Below, one piece after another: positions 23,459-36,158 of a stretch of 48,376 nucleotides of DNA (its first letter is position 1; each line of letters opens with the position of its first letter). The translations under genes and the position numbers were made by a program. The stretch covers positions 52,794,260-52,842,635 of the forward strand of contig NC_057719.1 of assembly GCF_004010195.1 (NCBI RefSeq). The letters are read 5' to 3'. The notes under the pieces are model-generated. The model did not search any database. It was not told the DNA's origin and worked only from the letters and a program-made list of their open reading frames with translations. Source of the DNA: Chiloscyllium plagiosum (Eukaryota).

Positions 23459-24440
23459 TGCTAAGGTCATACTTGGATTCCTTATATTTGACTGTGTCTC
23501 CTGATCTGCAGGCCTCACACCTGGTTTTTTGCAGGCTCTGTACGTTCTGAATCATCCAGGGTTTCCTGTTGGGGAACACTCGGATTGACTTCCTCAGTTT
23601 GCAGTCCTCCATACACTTGCTGATAAAATCTGTGATGGTGGTGGTGTACTTGCCCAAGGTGCCTGTGGACTATTTGAACATGGCCCAATCACCGCTTCCA
23701 GACAGCATCAGAGTTGATTCTCTGCCTCCTCTGACCAGCACTGGACCCATATCCATGAGGGGGTCTCCTGTTTAAGCTTTTGTCTGTAAGCATGGAGAGT
23801 AAACATGGCATTGTGATCGGAGTTCCCTAAATAAGGGCGAGGAATGCAGTGGTAGGCATCTTTCACAGTGGTGTAGCAGTGGTCTAAAATGTTCGGACCC
23901 CTGGTGGGGCAAGTAATGTTCTGGTGGTACTCGGGCGACACCTTCCTTAGATTGGCTTGATTGAAGTCGCCAGTTGCCATAAACAGGGCTTTGGGGTGTT
24001 CCATCTCCAGGGTGTTGTTGGTGGAGTAAAGCACATCCAGAGCTTCCTCAACCTTTGCTTGTGGCAGTATGTACACAGCAGTTAGTATAGCAGTGGTAAA
24101 TTCCCGTGGTAGATAGAAGGGGCGGCATTTGATGGTGAGGAATTCAAGGTTTGGGGAGCAATGGCTGCCCAGGGTTGCAATGTAGCATTGTTAAGGTATC
24201 TGAACCAAAGACTGACTAAAGACCTTTGTAATTTGTTGTGGTAGACGTAATGTTCAAGGTTCTTAATATAGCCTCAAGTTTAGAAAACACAAGGCACACT
24301 GTCAGTTCAGATGGCAGTGAAGAGTCAAAATGGACAGCCAAGCAAGAAGTAAATAAGAACAGATACATATTAAGTTGAGCATCAGTAGATATTTGGAGAG
24401 ATGACTAGCCAAGCGGTACTTTTTTGAAACAAATGGATGA

Positions 24441-24754
24441 AATCATAGAATCCCTGCAGTGTGGAAACAGGCACTTGGCCCATTGAGTCCTCACTGATTC
24501 CCTGAAGAGCATCCCACCCTGCATTTCCCACGGCCAATTCACCTAACTTGCACATCTCCAGACACTATGGACAATTCACCTAAAATGCACATCGTTGGAC
24601 TGTGGGAGGAAACCAGAGTACCCAAAGGTAACCCATGCAGACATGGGGAAGACTGTGCAAATTCCACACAGATAGTTGCTTGAGAATGGAATTGAACCTA
24701 GGTCCCTGGTGCTATGAGGTAGCAGTGGTAACCACTGAGCCATCATGCCACCCC
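24441..24754 (-). mobile_element. HE1-type SINE
   Basis: Minus strand ggggtggcatgatggctcagtggtta...ggttcaattcc...gtgtggaatttgcac...tttccacactgcagggattctatga. Confidence 0.88.
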
Positions 24755-25614
24755 AAATATATCAGGCTATTCTAATCATGTATATTTTTTCCTGTTTTCA
24801 ACTGTGGACTCAATAATGTTTTCTAAAGATTATTTCTTTAAACTTGAAATGACTTATTTATTTACTTTAATGCACAATTTTCTTTGCAACCAAAGCTATG
24901 TAGTTATAATAAGATTATTTGATTTACTATCAGACTCATTTTTTTCACCACCTAACCCTCATTATTACACCTGCAGCATCCTTCAAGAATTTCAATCAAC
25001 TTATTTGGGATGATCATTGCATTTTTGCCTATTGCTTTCTCCATTAAAAGCTCAAGCCTTGATTTCTAATCAAGCAATCAAAATGATATTTGATCTCAAA
25101 ATCAATACACTTTATATTATTAATCAATTGGGTAGTTGATGAGAATCTATTGTGACATCTATCTAATCTGTTTGGTGGCTGGAGCATATGACAGAATTAT
25201 CACAAATGTGTGCTTTACTGTTTAAATAATATAAATTGTGCAAAAATGCACAGAGGAGAACTTAAATGCTTCAAAAGAAAAATGTTGCTTGAAAATGCTG
25301 CAAATAACAACTTCAAGCAAAATTGCTTTGCAAAGTTATTGAACCTGGCAGTGAAATTGATATTAAGCAAAGATGCCAGTTTAAGTCAAATTGCTTCAGG
25401 GATTGTGATTTTTGGCTGTTTATAATTCTCTTGCATCATCAGTGTTGAAATCTCCCCATAATCATCTGATGTTGCCAGCAACACCCATTTTAAAACAGCA
25501 ATATTTATTGTTCCAATGAAAGGAATCACAATTTTTCTTCTCAATTGATTTTTCAGAGGTAAAAACTCACTCTTAGGAGTTCGACATGTGATGGATAAAT
25601 CAACATTCAAAAGA

Positions 25615-26420
25615 AGGCACTTGGCAGTTAACAACCTCAAAATATAATTCAGCAGATCTATCAGCATCTGTGTGGACAAAATAATGTTAATATTTCCTGT
25701 CCGGTAACTCTTCTTCAAAACTGATAATAGCTAGGATAAGGTGATACACATATGTTGAAGACAGGGGGTGAGGGGAAGGAGTACACAATAAGTATAGATG
25801 GAGCCCAGAAAAACAAAGCGAATAGCAGTTAGGAAGACAGCAGTTAGGTAACAGGTGAGAGCCAGTGGGAAAGAAAAGCTGATAATAGAGACCATTATTT
25901 GGTGAAAATAGGTTGGCTATGATGAAAGCAGTCTGCGTCATGACAGGGCCAGGGATGTGGGAGTGGGTAAAGGACATGGAAAGCAGGGTCCAGATTCTAA
26001 CATTATTGAACTTGATATGGAGTCCAGGTGGCTGCATGAACCCCAAACAGAAAATGAGATCATGTTCTTCCAACCTGTGTTAAGCTTTGCTGGAGGATTG
26101 CAGCAAAGACGAGTCAGAGATGTTGACCAGGGAACACCAGGTGGTATGTTGAAGTAGCTGGCAACTGGAAACACAGGAGTCATTTTTACAGACAGAATGT
26201 AACAGTTCTGCAAAGTGGTCGTTCAGTCCGCGTTTTGTTTCCCCAGTGTAGGACAGACCACACTGTGAGTAGTGAATACAATAAACTAGACTAAATGAAG
26301 TGCAGGTAAATCACTGCTTCATGTGGAAGGTGTGTCTGGGACCTTGGATGGTGAGGAGGGAAGAAGTAAACAGGTATGTGTTGTATACCTTCTACAATTG
26401 TATTGGACGTTGCTTGGGGG
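25615..26420 (-). mobile_element. old PLE fragment (GIY-YIG region and 3' end)
   Basis: EEHDLIFCLGFMQPPGLHIKF and PVASYFN motifs; decayed hammerhead at about 25685-25720. Confidence 0.75.
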
Positions 26421-26730
26421 GGGGTGGTAAAATCTTGGGATTGGAGCATCTACCTTCTCTGGAAACGTTATTCTCCTGTTCTTTGTTATAAATCTTCTTT
26501 CAACCACTAGAAGAAGTCCAGAGTAGAAATTACAACATCCAAGCGAGAAATTCAAAACTTGGTCTTACTAAATTAGTCAGAAAACAGTTGACTGTTACAT
26601 GTTTCCAATCAGTTTGATGGTGAATTGAATATCAGAGTTGGTTAACTGGACACACCTTGGACAAAGGTTAGAAGGAAGTGCATGTTTGGAGTCAAGCTTG
26701 TGATTACCTGTTTTGTCATCTATCACTCAC

Positions 26731-27212
26731 AGTCATAGAGTCACAGAGACATACAGAACAGAAACATACCCTTCTATCCAACTCATCCATGCTAACCAGA
26801 CAGCCTAACCTAATCTAGTCCCATTTACTAGCATACACCCATATCCCTCTAATCCTTTCCTATTCATATGCTCATCCAGTTGCTTTTTAAATGTTGTTAT
26901 TCCACCACTTCCTCTGATAGTTCATTCCATACACACATCATCCTCTGTGTGAAAATGTTGTCCCTTGGGTTCCTCCTAACTCAGTCCCCTCTCACCACAA
27001 ACCTATGCCTTCTAGTTCTGGACTCTCCCACCCCAGGGAAAAGGCCTTGTCTATTTATCCTATCCATGTCCCTCATGCAAGGTCACCCCTCAGCCTCCAA
27101 AGCTCCAAGGAAAACAGCCCCAGCTTATTCAGCTTCTCCCTACAGCTCAAATCCTCCAACCCTGGCAACATCCTTGTAAATCCTATTTGAACCCTTTCAA
27201 GTTTCACAACAT
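26731..27212 (-). mobile_element. CR1 subfamily A 3' end
   Basis: Paralogous to 572-1058; GAGTCATA tail. Confidence 0.9.
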
Positions 27213-28149
27213 CGTTTGAAATAAAGCTTTATTTCATATCAAATTCTGCTCTAGTATAAATCATTTTCCCTTCAGTAGCTTTACTTTAAGCTAAAATAAA
27301 TCTGAAGAAAAATTAATAAACAGTGAAAAGTAACACTGGATTTAGCTTACTTTACTATTTAAACTAAAAGATCAATAGTTTAACCCAATAGGAGGACTTT
27401 AATAGGAGAATCAATTTTAATACAATGCATCAATTTGCAATTGTATTCTCATTAAAACATTTTTCAAAAAGGAAATTGATGTGTCAGCAAGTCTCTTGAT
27501 TAAGTTTAAAATTAGATTGCATTGTATGTGTGCCACATTATTCCCTGTATAATCATTTAATATTAAAAAGACTAAATTAATTTAGTTTCCAGCTTTAATG
27601 CATATTTTCAAATGTAAAGCAAAGCTTGTGCTGCTATTTTTGATCAAGTGACATATGACACAATTTGTGTTGTAAATTCTGCATTCATAATCAAGTTGAT
27701 GGCTAAAACTTTTGTGCAATATCACTGAAATCATGTCTGACTGAAAGCAAATACAGCAAAAAAAAGTTCTAAACTACTGCTGATGATTAACCAGGCAGTA
27801 TAGGACTGATATATCCTAGACAGCTGGGTCTGTCACTGGAGTTTGGCATCCCCTCCATCCTTTTGTTTCTGTAGTTAAGATAATACTAGTTGGACAAGAA
27901 ATATGCCACTTATTTGCATTATCAATTTTAAAAATACAATGTTTTAGCTAAGTTAGGCTCTGGTACTAATGCTGGATGCACCTGGTGCTCTTGGTGCCTT
28001 GATTCTAGCTGTTGGTATTAGTGTCTTGTAAGTGAATTGTGTTCCTTACGGGACAAAGGTGAATGCTGCATAAAACGCAAAGTGAAAGCTATGGGTCATA
28101 CCTTCAGGTCTCCAGATAGGTACGCTAACAGATGTCTGTTAGAACTTAT

Positions 28150-28235
28150 GGAGTCATAGAGTCGTAGGGACGTACAGCACGGAAACAGACCCTTTGGTCA
28201 GACTTTTACATATATACCCAGATATCCTAGATTAA
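28150..28235 (-). mobile_element. CR1 subfamily A extreme 3' tail
   Basis: gagtcatagagtcgtag...cagcacggaaacagaccctttggtc. Confidence 0.75.
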
Positions 28236-28629
28236 TTTACTCTTACGAATCTGGGTAGTCATTGAAACCTTTAGAGGACCACGTGGGCCGACATTTTTAA
28301 AAGGTCCTCAGGGAATGCTGCAGGTAAAAGGAAGTGAGACAAATTAGATCCATCAGGTAAGCAGTTAAATACCTTTAATTTAACTACACATAGGCCAAGA
28401 GGAGTAGGAATGTTTTATCTGAGCCCAAATTGCTTACCCTTTAAATGATGCTCGCAGGATCCAGCCCACCTATGATCTCCTGTGATGTGTAATCCTCTTC
28501 CACTGTGATTGCCAACTCAAGTATTATCCGCCTATAAATCCAAGATTACCAACTCACAAACTATGCTCTTGTCAGCTCCATCCTTGAATTATGATCCAGG
28601 ACCAAGAATCAAAAGCTTCAATCCTAAAA

Positions 28630-29215
28630 CCATGAGGTACAGGAATAGAAGTAGGTCACTCAGCCTGTTGAGTTGGCTCTGCTGTTAAATGTAATTTTGT
28701 CTAATCTGATCATTGTCAACTCCACTTTCTTGCCTTTTCCCAAAACATTTGATTCTGTATTGATTACAAATCTGTCCATCTCAGTCTTTAATATTCTGAA
28801 TAACCCAGTCTCAAGAGCCTTCTGTGGTAAATAATTCCACAACATCACAGTTCTGTGAGAGAAGTTCCTCTTCATCTCTGTCTTAAATAAGTGACCCCTC
28901 ATTCTGAGATTATGCCCTCTTGTTTTAGACTCTCCCACACAGGAAAACAATCTTTCTGCATTTACCCTGGCAAGTCCTTTAAGAATCTGATATACTTCAA
29001 TAAGGTTGCCTCTCATTCATCTATATTCCAACAAGTACAAGCCCAATTTTTTCAACCCCTCCTCATAAAATTGTCCCTCTACACCTATTATCAGCGTAAC
29101 AAACTTTCCCTGGACTGCCTCCAATGCCAGTACTTCTTTCTTGAGGTAAGGGGCCCACATCCATTCACAGTTTTCTAGCTGTGTTCTGACTCGCACCTTG
29201 TATAGTCTTAGCAAG
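28630..29215 (-). mobile_element. CR1 LINE 3' part, older subfamily
   Basis: ORFs 29017-29256 (WAPYLKK..ALEAVQ) and 28660-29016 (MRGNLIEVY, TRGHNL). Confidence 0.88.
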
Positions 29216-32200
29216 ATGTTAGGGCTTATAATTTTATTAGTTGCAAGAAGGTTCAAGAAAGACCTGAGTAAGGTCGTAAAGATAACGATTCAGTACAACA
29301 TGATAAAATGTTACAGATAGGTTGAACTGAACATGAACATGATGAATGAGAGAACACAAACTTCAGGTAATCCTTAAAATATTCAGAGAGTTTGAAACAA
29401 TAATTTTTACAGCAAGATTAATTATAATGTAAAATTATCTGTCATTGAAGTAGTTCATAAAGTTTGTTTAAATGCAATTGGGTGTTGCCTTAAAAATATA
29501 TTCAAAAGAGTACAAGGAATGAGCAGGATAATGGGAATAACCTACCTATTTAATATAGACAAAACCCAGAACAGACACTTTGGACCAGGTAGCTTGTTGC
29601 TGTGCTGATTTGATGATTATAATAGCCCTTTACAGTGGATGTATGCTTTTTGCATAACTATATACAATTAGCATTAATATTTCTTCTAAAATTACGACTG
29701 ACAATGAATTAGTATTTCAATACAATGGGCATGCACAATTTATTTCTTCAACAAGAATTTTTTTATTATTGACTTAGATGTATAAGAAAGTAGATTAAAC
29801 ATCATTTTGTCTGAAATCCAACTCAGCAAAAAGGTCAGGCCATTAACACCCACTGTGACACTTTCTACAGGATTCTGCTGAGAATGCAGCCTGACATTAA
29901 GGGAAGTCTGACATACTACAATGTTGAAAAGTGGGAAATGTCAGCAAATGCAAAGAAACAGCAGGAGATGGCAAGCTATCATTGTAAAGTAGGTTAGTGA
30001 TATAATTGAGCTCTCAAATGGAGGTGGTTTGACTTCCCTCATGCGTATGACACCATTGATTTACACATACAGTTTAATGGCTTAGAATTTTAGTTGGGGT
30101 ATTACTTTTATAGATATATACAGAGTCCTGTTGCCACAAGCCTTACGTGTTTTCTTATTTTTCAGGAAAAGCTGAATTTTCAAAATGATAGCCTGAATGT
30201 CAACCATTGTGTGGCTTGTTCCTATTCCCTGAGGCTGTTGGCCACCTTCATTGAGGTTCATAAAAAAAATGAATGTTTCAACATGGTGTGTTTTAAGATG
30301 CTACAATACAAATTGGTAGCGTGTTGACCCTAACTTTCCTGAATTTTTTGCAATTTTGTTGTCTGTTGTGTATTATTATTAACACTTATACCTTCACTCA
30401 CCCTCACAAAATTAATAGAGGTTGTAAATTTACTGTATTAACATTTGTTTGATCCGAGGACAAGAATAGAGGATAAAATAAGCTAAAAACAAAACCTCGT
30501 GGAGCCTGTGCTCTAAGAGAACCTATGCTCAAGTTTCCCGTTGAGAAAAAACACAGAAGTGGTCTCAATCCAGGAAATAGTATTTTCCAAATGCTGGGAT
30601 CTATCTCAATGATGATTTGAGTAAACTTAGCACTGGGGTCATGTGCAGGTCAGTATTGGGCTGATGCTCAAATGCTGCATGCCCTCAATCACCAGGAATT
30701 AGGTTCTCCCATAGGAATTCCCGAGGGTGTTGAGGGAATGTTCAGTATGAGTATAATGTTCAATATAGGCTCATGGCCGAGCTCCATCGCCAATGCTCTG
30801 TGTCTGACTGAAGAATTGTGACCGTGTACGAGCATGTGCAGAACAGCTCCAGTGACAATAGGCCAGAAATTCTGATCACAATTGCAAACCCTTGTCTCTG
30901 TTTTACCAAAAATTGGCTATGTGTCAATTCCAGGGAGTTTCATGGAGGGCCTTTCTTGGTGTGCTCTAGCAGGTTACATAATGTGATTCTCTGCAGCTTA
31001 CCTCATCAGCTATGCATCATGGTTCTATAATGCCCACTTGTATAATCATCTGCTCAGCAATGGTGGAAATACTCATCACTTTCAGGACCTCCTGGGAATC
31101 CTGGCACTGGCACCATTTTTAAAGCACAGCCTCACACCAGGTCAAGTGCTGCCAGCCACAAATTGCCTTTCACGGTACAAAGGGAACAAAGGAAAAAATA
31201 ATTCTTCAAAGGCAGATATGTGGCATAGATGATACTTCATTGCAAATACAAGCTCACATTCATTAATACATTGCTATTTTATGTCATACCTGTCTGATGT
31301 ACAATCATTGAAACTTCAGCTAAAAGAATTAAGCTATCCATCCTTAGTGCATTGCATTTTGCAACCCCGTCTAAGGGAGTCATCATGTCAGGGACCAGTA
31401 CTGTCGTTGTAAGTAGGACAGTGTATCACAGTGTGAGGAACCAGGGATGTTAGTATATGTGAGACACTGCATCGCGATGTGAGACGGCCATTGCAATCAG
31501 AGTGTCATATAATGAGGAACAGTACAGTCAATATGAGTCGGTTGATGTGAACAGCATGCATGATCAAGGTAGAAGATTAAAGAGTGAGAGGACGGGAGAA
31601 CAAACAGCCTAAATTGAAGAAACACTAGGATAATGATTTCTCTCCCATGCCCTACTTTGATGCAGCACTGACAGACTGTTATTGGATAACATTGTTGGAT
31701 CACAGCCTAGAAGGTTTAACACAGAATCAGTAACATAATGCCTCAATGAGCTCTTATATCTGATGCAACGCTAATAAAGTTTAATCTTGTTTTTGTCCTT
31801 GAGGAATTATTGAGAGTACAATTTTTACTGACATGAGTTAGGAACATCACTAAAATCTTAACCCTTAATTAAAATAATAAATTAAATGCTTTGACAGCTG
31901 GGCATGCTCCAGCTATTTTTTAAAAAACAGTTTAAACACGATTAAATTAACTGCCATGGCCTTTTGGAACTGACCATAGGAACAGACCCATATAAGATAA
32001 ACTGACAGAATAATTTGTTTGTAAACTGAGTCCTGAGACAGAAAAGTAGGTGGCTCCCCCATATCTACTTGCAGAAAGGAAAGTTTAATTTGGCGAAACA
32101 ACTCACTGTGAACAAGACATTGATGTTTTAGACTCTATCGCAGCTTGTTTCTTAAAATAGGGCTTCCTAAACAATGGATTAGTATCATGAAACATGCTTT

Positions 32201-32294
32201 TGGGCGAGCAAGTTCAGAAGCAGAAGAAAGGATGTTGTTATGGTGTCAGTTATCTCACTCAGGTGAGCATTTAGAGACCTGAGTAAATAATGAA

Positions 32295-32465
32295 CAAGTG
32301 GGTGACTAGATGGATGTTTGGGTGGATGGGTGCATGAGTGAGTGAATGTGTCAGAAGGTGGATGTGTAAGTGGGTAAATAGGTAAGTGGGTAGATGAATT
32401 CTTGCATGAATGAATGCATGTATGACTGTGTAAGATGGACGAGTAGTTGGGTGGGTGAGATGATG
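32295..32465. repeat. degenerate (GGRT/GAGT/GAAT)n simple repeat
   Basis: Four-base periodicity; explains the His-rich ORF 32271-32564. Confidence 0.7.
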
Positions 32466-32675
32466 GGTTTGATAGAGGTATTCCAACAGCACGAAGATAC
32501 TGTTGAATAGCATCACAAATATAAAGTTGTGACTCAGGTGTCTAAAATTCGGATAAGACAGCAATCCTGTTGGTCTCTATTGTTTCCATGGTCATGGTCA
32601 TGGGCTGCATTACCTCCTTTGAGAACCATGCTTAAAGTTCTGTAGAGGTTACCAGTCTTTCCACCACAGACACTG

Positions 32676-33294
32676 TCATAGAGTCATAGAGATTTACAGC
32701 TTGGTCCAACCTGTTGATGCCGACCAGATATCCCAACCCAATCTAGTCCCACCTGCCAGCACCCGGCCCATATCCCTACAAACCCTTCCTATTCATATAC
32801 CCATCCAAATGTCTCTTAAATGTTGCAATTGTACCAGCCTCCACCACATCCTCTGGCAGCTCATTCCATACACGTACCACCCACTGTGTGAAAACATTGC
32901 CCCTTAGGTCTCTTTTATATCTTTCCCCTCTCACCCTAAACCTATGGACACGCCAACACCAGAAAAAAGACTTTGTCTATTTATCCTCTCCATGCCCCTC
33001 ATAATTTTGTAAACCTCTATAAGGTCACCCATCAGCCTCCGATGCTCCAGGGAAAACAGCCCCAGCCTGTGCAGCCGCTCCCTATAGCTCAAAACCTCCA
33101 ACCCTGGCAACATCCTTGTAAATCTTTTCTGAACCCTTTCAAGTTTCACATCTTTCCGATAGGAAGGAGACCAGAATTGCCCGCAATATTCCAACAGTGG
33201 CCTAACCAATGTCCTGTACAGCCGCAACATGACCTCCCAACTCCTGTACTCAATACTCTGACCAATAAAAGAAAGCATACCAAACACCTTCTTC
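32676..33294 (-). mobile_element. CR1 subfamily A 3' part
   Basis: ORF 32931-33335; gtcatagagtcatagag tail. Confidence 0.93.
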
Positions 33295-33334
33295 ATAAGG
33301 TGTAGTAGATTGAAAATACAGATGCTGAGGGGCA

Positions 33335-33560
33335 TGTATCTGTGGCATTCACTTATCCACAGGGCAGTGGATGCTGAGACATTGAGTAAATTTAAGGAGG
33401 AGATAGACAGATTTTTAATCTGTATTGGATTAAAGAGTTATGCAGAGCGGGCAGGAATACAGAGTTGTCACTGAGATGAGATCAGGCGTAATCATGTGAA
33501 ATAGTGGAGCAGGCTCAAGGGGCTGAATGGCCTAATCCTGGTGTTCTTATGTTCTTATTG
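33335..33560 (+). mobile_element. CR1 3' end, other subfamily
   Basis: tttaaggaggagatagacagattttt...ggagcaggctcaaggggctgaatggcct...ttcttatgttctta. Confidence 0.75.
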
Positions 33561-34039
33561 CTACACATTCACATTATCCTGAGACATTCCCTAAAATGCT
33601 TGTTATTTGGAACTTGCCAAACAAGTCAAATGTCTTGTATCATTGCAGTTGCTGCTCTATATGCAAATGTTACACTATTTGATTGGTGCAACTCTGTTAA
33701 CTCCTCGCCTTCATTAATCCTGGAATAGTAAAAATGGAGGTGCAGATCTTCACAGGTCTATGCTAGATTCCCAGCTGTTAACACAACTCAAGGGAAATGG
33801 GCAATGAGAGGAATTAAGGCAGAACATCAGCCATGAGTCTATTGATTGGTGGAGCACAGCTTGAGGGGCCAAATGGCCTCCTCCTGCTCTTAATTTATGC
33901 TGTGAGCTCAGTGTGCAGAGCTAACGATTTGTCACTTGGATATTGGGAATCATTCCTAGAATGAGTTCAAACATTGCAACGTGATCAACCATTGCATCCA
34001 TCCTGCCATCTCTGTGAACCCATCAGTGAGATGCTATTT

Positions 34040-34850
34040 CACAGAGAGACAGGTACAGCAAATAATTAGGAAAGAGAATGGAATGCTGCCATTTAGTGCA
34101 ACGGGAGAGGACTATAACACTGGGATATTTTACTACAACTGTTTATGGTGTCAGTGAGATCACATCTGGAGTACAGTTGTAGTGATTGGAAGAGGGGCCA
34201 GGTGGATCCCATTGTCTGTAAGATCCTTGAGAGGGGTTGTTAACCTGGGCTAATCAGGGAGCCCTGGCTCACAGATATAAACAGGAGTGTCAGAGAGTCT
34301 CCTCATTCTAGGGGTGGTCAGAGCCCATGTACTGTGCACACGTGAATAAAGGGTGACTTAATAATGGGATACCGGCCTCCGTGCAGTTATTTCAGCTGTC
34401 TGCAGTATTGGTTTCCTTATTTGGAAAAAAGATACCATTTCATTCAGAACAGTTCATTGAGGATGAGGGAGTTATTGAATGGGGAAAGGTTGCAGAGGTT
34501 AGACCTGCACCAGTGGAGTTTAGAAAAATGAGAGCTCATGCTATTGAAACACATGAGATCCAGAGAGGGCTCGAGAGGGCGGGCACTGGGAAGATATACC
34601 TTTTGTAAAGCTCAGGGACACTCTTTAAGAATATGAATACCCTTTATTAATCAATGGAATTCTCTTCACCAAAAAGCCGCGGGGGTGTGTCATTGAATTT
34701 GTTCAAGGCTGAGCTCGCGACAATTGGGTGTTAGGAGGGAGCCAGACAGGAAAGTGAAGTTGAGCCGACACCCTGATTATCCTTGATCTTAAAGAACAGC
34801 TTAGCAGTCTCAGAGGGCCGAATGGTCTCATTCTGTTCTTAATCCTTTGC
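34040..34850 (+). mobile_element. old CR1 3' part, interrupted by a solo LTR
   Basis: VR.HLEY...QYWFPYL continues across the LTR; EFRKMR..IET; 3' tail gagggccgaatggtct. Confidence 0.7.
34178..34394 (+). mobile_element. solo LTR of an LTR retrotransposon (217 bp)
   Basis: TG...CA ends, TATAAA 34276-34281, AATAAA 34345-34350. Interrupts a CR1. Imperfect 5-bp TSD acagt/gctgt. Confidence 0.7.
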
Positions 34851-35326
34851 CCTTGGATATTGTGCTATTTCACTAACAGGTCAACAAAAGCACGCTTCCC
34901 AGAATGGAATTGGGTCCATGTTGTAATAATATGTTCAATTAGTGCTTTTAGTTCATATGTTCAGCTTTGACTGCACCGTTGAAATGACCATGGAAGTACA
35001 ATGTGGCATCAGTGTCAATCAAGAGTACTTTCCTCTCCCCCCTGGCTTGGTAGGGAGCCAAAGTCAAAAGGACCAACGTTACAACATTCAAGCTTTTTTC
35101 GCAAATGGCTTAAATTAATAAGTGACTTTTTCTTATGCTGCCAAATTTGAAATCATTGAAATATCTCATTCTTTGGGAGAACTCACTGTGCCTGTTTTGC
35201 GAGTGTTAAACATGTAGCAATCTCTGCCCACAAGTTCCTATACCAGATGTATACTCCTGGCATGGAAGTCGCTATATTATGCTCCCACTGTTTGTAAGAA
35301 TAAAAACATACGAAACAGGAGCTGGA

Positions 35327-35460
35327 GAACATAGGAACGTAAAAGCTCGGAGCAGATGTAAGCCATTCAGCCCCTTGAGCCTGCTGTGACATTTAATATG
35401 ATCAGGGTTGATCTCATCTCGGTCTCAACTCCACTTTCCTGCCCACTCTCTATAACCCTT
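35327..35460 (-). mobile_element. CR1 3' tail
   Basis: agaacatagg...gccattcagccccttgagcctgct...ctcaactccactttcctgcc. Confidence 0.75.
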
Positions 35461-35690
35461 TAACCTACTGCGAATCCTCTTGCAACGATGCCTTCCTTGA
35501 AGAATTTCAGTGAGTCCCTCCTCCCTACCTTTTATCTTAGCCTGCTGGACACACTTTCCTCATTCCTGAAGAAGGGCTCATGCCCGAAACGTCGATTCTC
35601 CTGCTCCCTGGATGCTGCCTGACCTGCTGCGCTTTTCCAGCAACACATTTTCAGCTCTGATCTCCAGCATCTGCAGTCCTCTCTTTCTCC
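35460..35690 (+). mobile_element. PLE-derived internally deleted insert with hammerhead
   Basis: 35460-35523 resembles 16921-16995; 35520-35690 matches 108-278. Core CTGAAGA 35566-35572 ... GAAACGTC 35586-35593. Confidence 0.85.
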
Positions 35691-36158
35691 TTTCCAAATA
35701 CATGTACATCCTGTCCCTCAGGATTCCCTCCAACAACTTGCCCACCACTGAGGTCAGGCTCACTGGTCTATAATTCCATGGCTTGTCTTTACCGCCCTTC
35801 TTAAACAGTGGCACCACGTTTGCCAATCTCCAGTCTTCTGGCACCTCACCTGTGACTATCGATGATACAAATATCTCAGCAAGAGGCCCAGCAATCACTT
35901 CTCTGGCTTCCCACAGAGTTCTCGGGTACACCCGATCAGGTCCTGGGCATTTGTCCACCTTTAACCGTTTTGAGACATCCAGCACTTCCTCCTTTGTAAT
36001 CTGGACATTTTGCAAGATGTCACCTTCTATTTCCCTACAGTCTATATCTTTCATATCCTTTTCCACAGTAAATACTGATGCAAAATATTCATTTAGTATC
36101 TCTCCCCTTTTCTGTGGTTCCACACAAAGGCCGCCTTGCTGATCTTTGAGGAGCCCTA
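35689..36158 (-). mobile_element. CR1 subfamily A internal ORF2 fragment
   Basis: ORF 35578-36210 (LNEYFASVFT, PGPD, NYRPVSLTSVVGK). Confidence 0.93.

Larger units (their letters stand above)
20851..24180 (-). mobile_element. Rex1/Babar-clade LINE, RT core deleted, interrupted by a PLE
   Basis: Endonuclease in ORF 23708-24076 (GDFNQANL, TRGPNILDHCY, SDH). RT N-terminal part in 21686-22102 (PVALTS, LDPLQFA, IDYSLAFNTI). C-terminus in 21005-21496 (KAQQ..FL..LRKFG, IESILSGCIT). Sequence jumps from NGAP to LIIDF at about 21556. AATAAA plus (ATTCA)4 tail. Confidence 0.88.

Noticed and set aside
27947..28033. Hydrophobic exon ending at a gtaagt donor
   Set aside because: The best acceptor gives stops in all three frames, the alternative is weak, and the peptide is unrecognised.
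31420..31480. V(D)J recombination signal (CACAGTG heptamer)
   Set aside because: No nonamer at 12 or 23 nt spacing and no V/J segment nearby.
32271..32564. His-rich protein ORF
   Set aside because: It is the translation of a degenerate tetranucleotide repeat.
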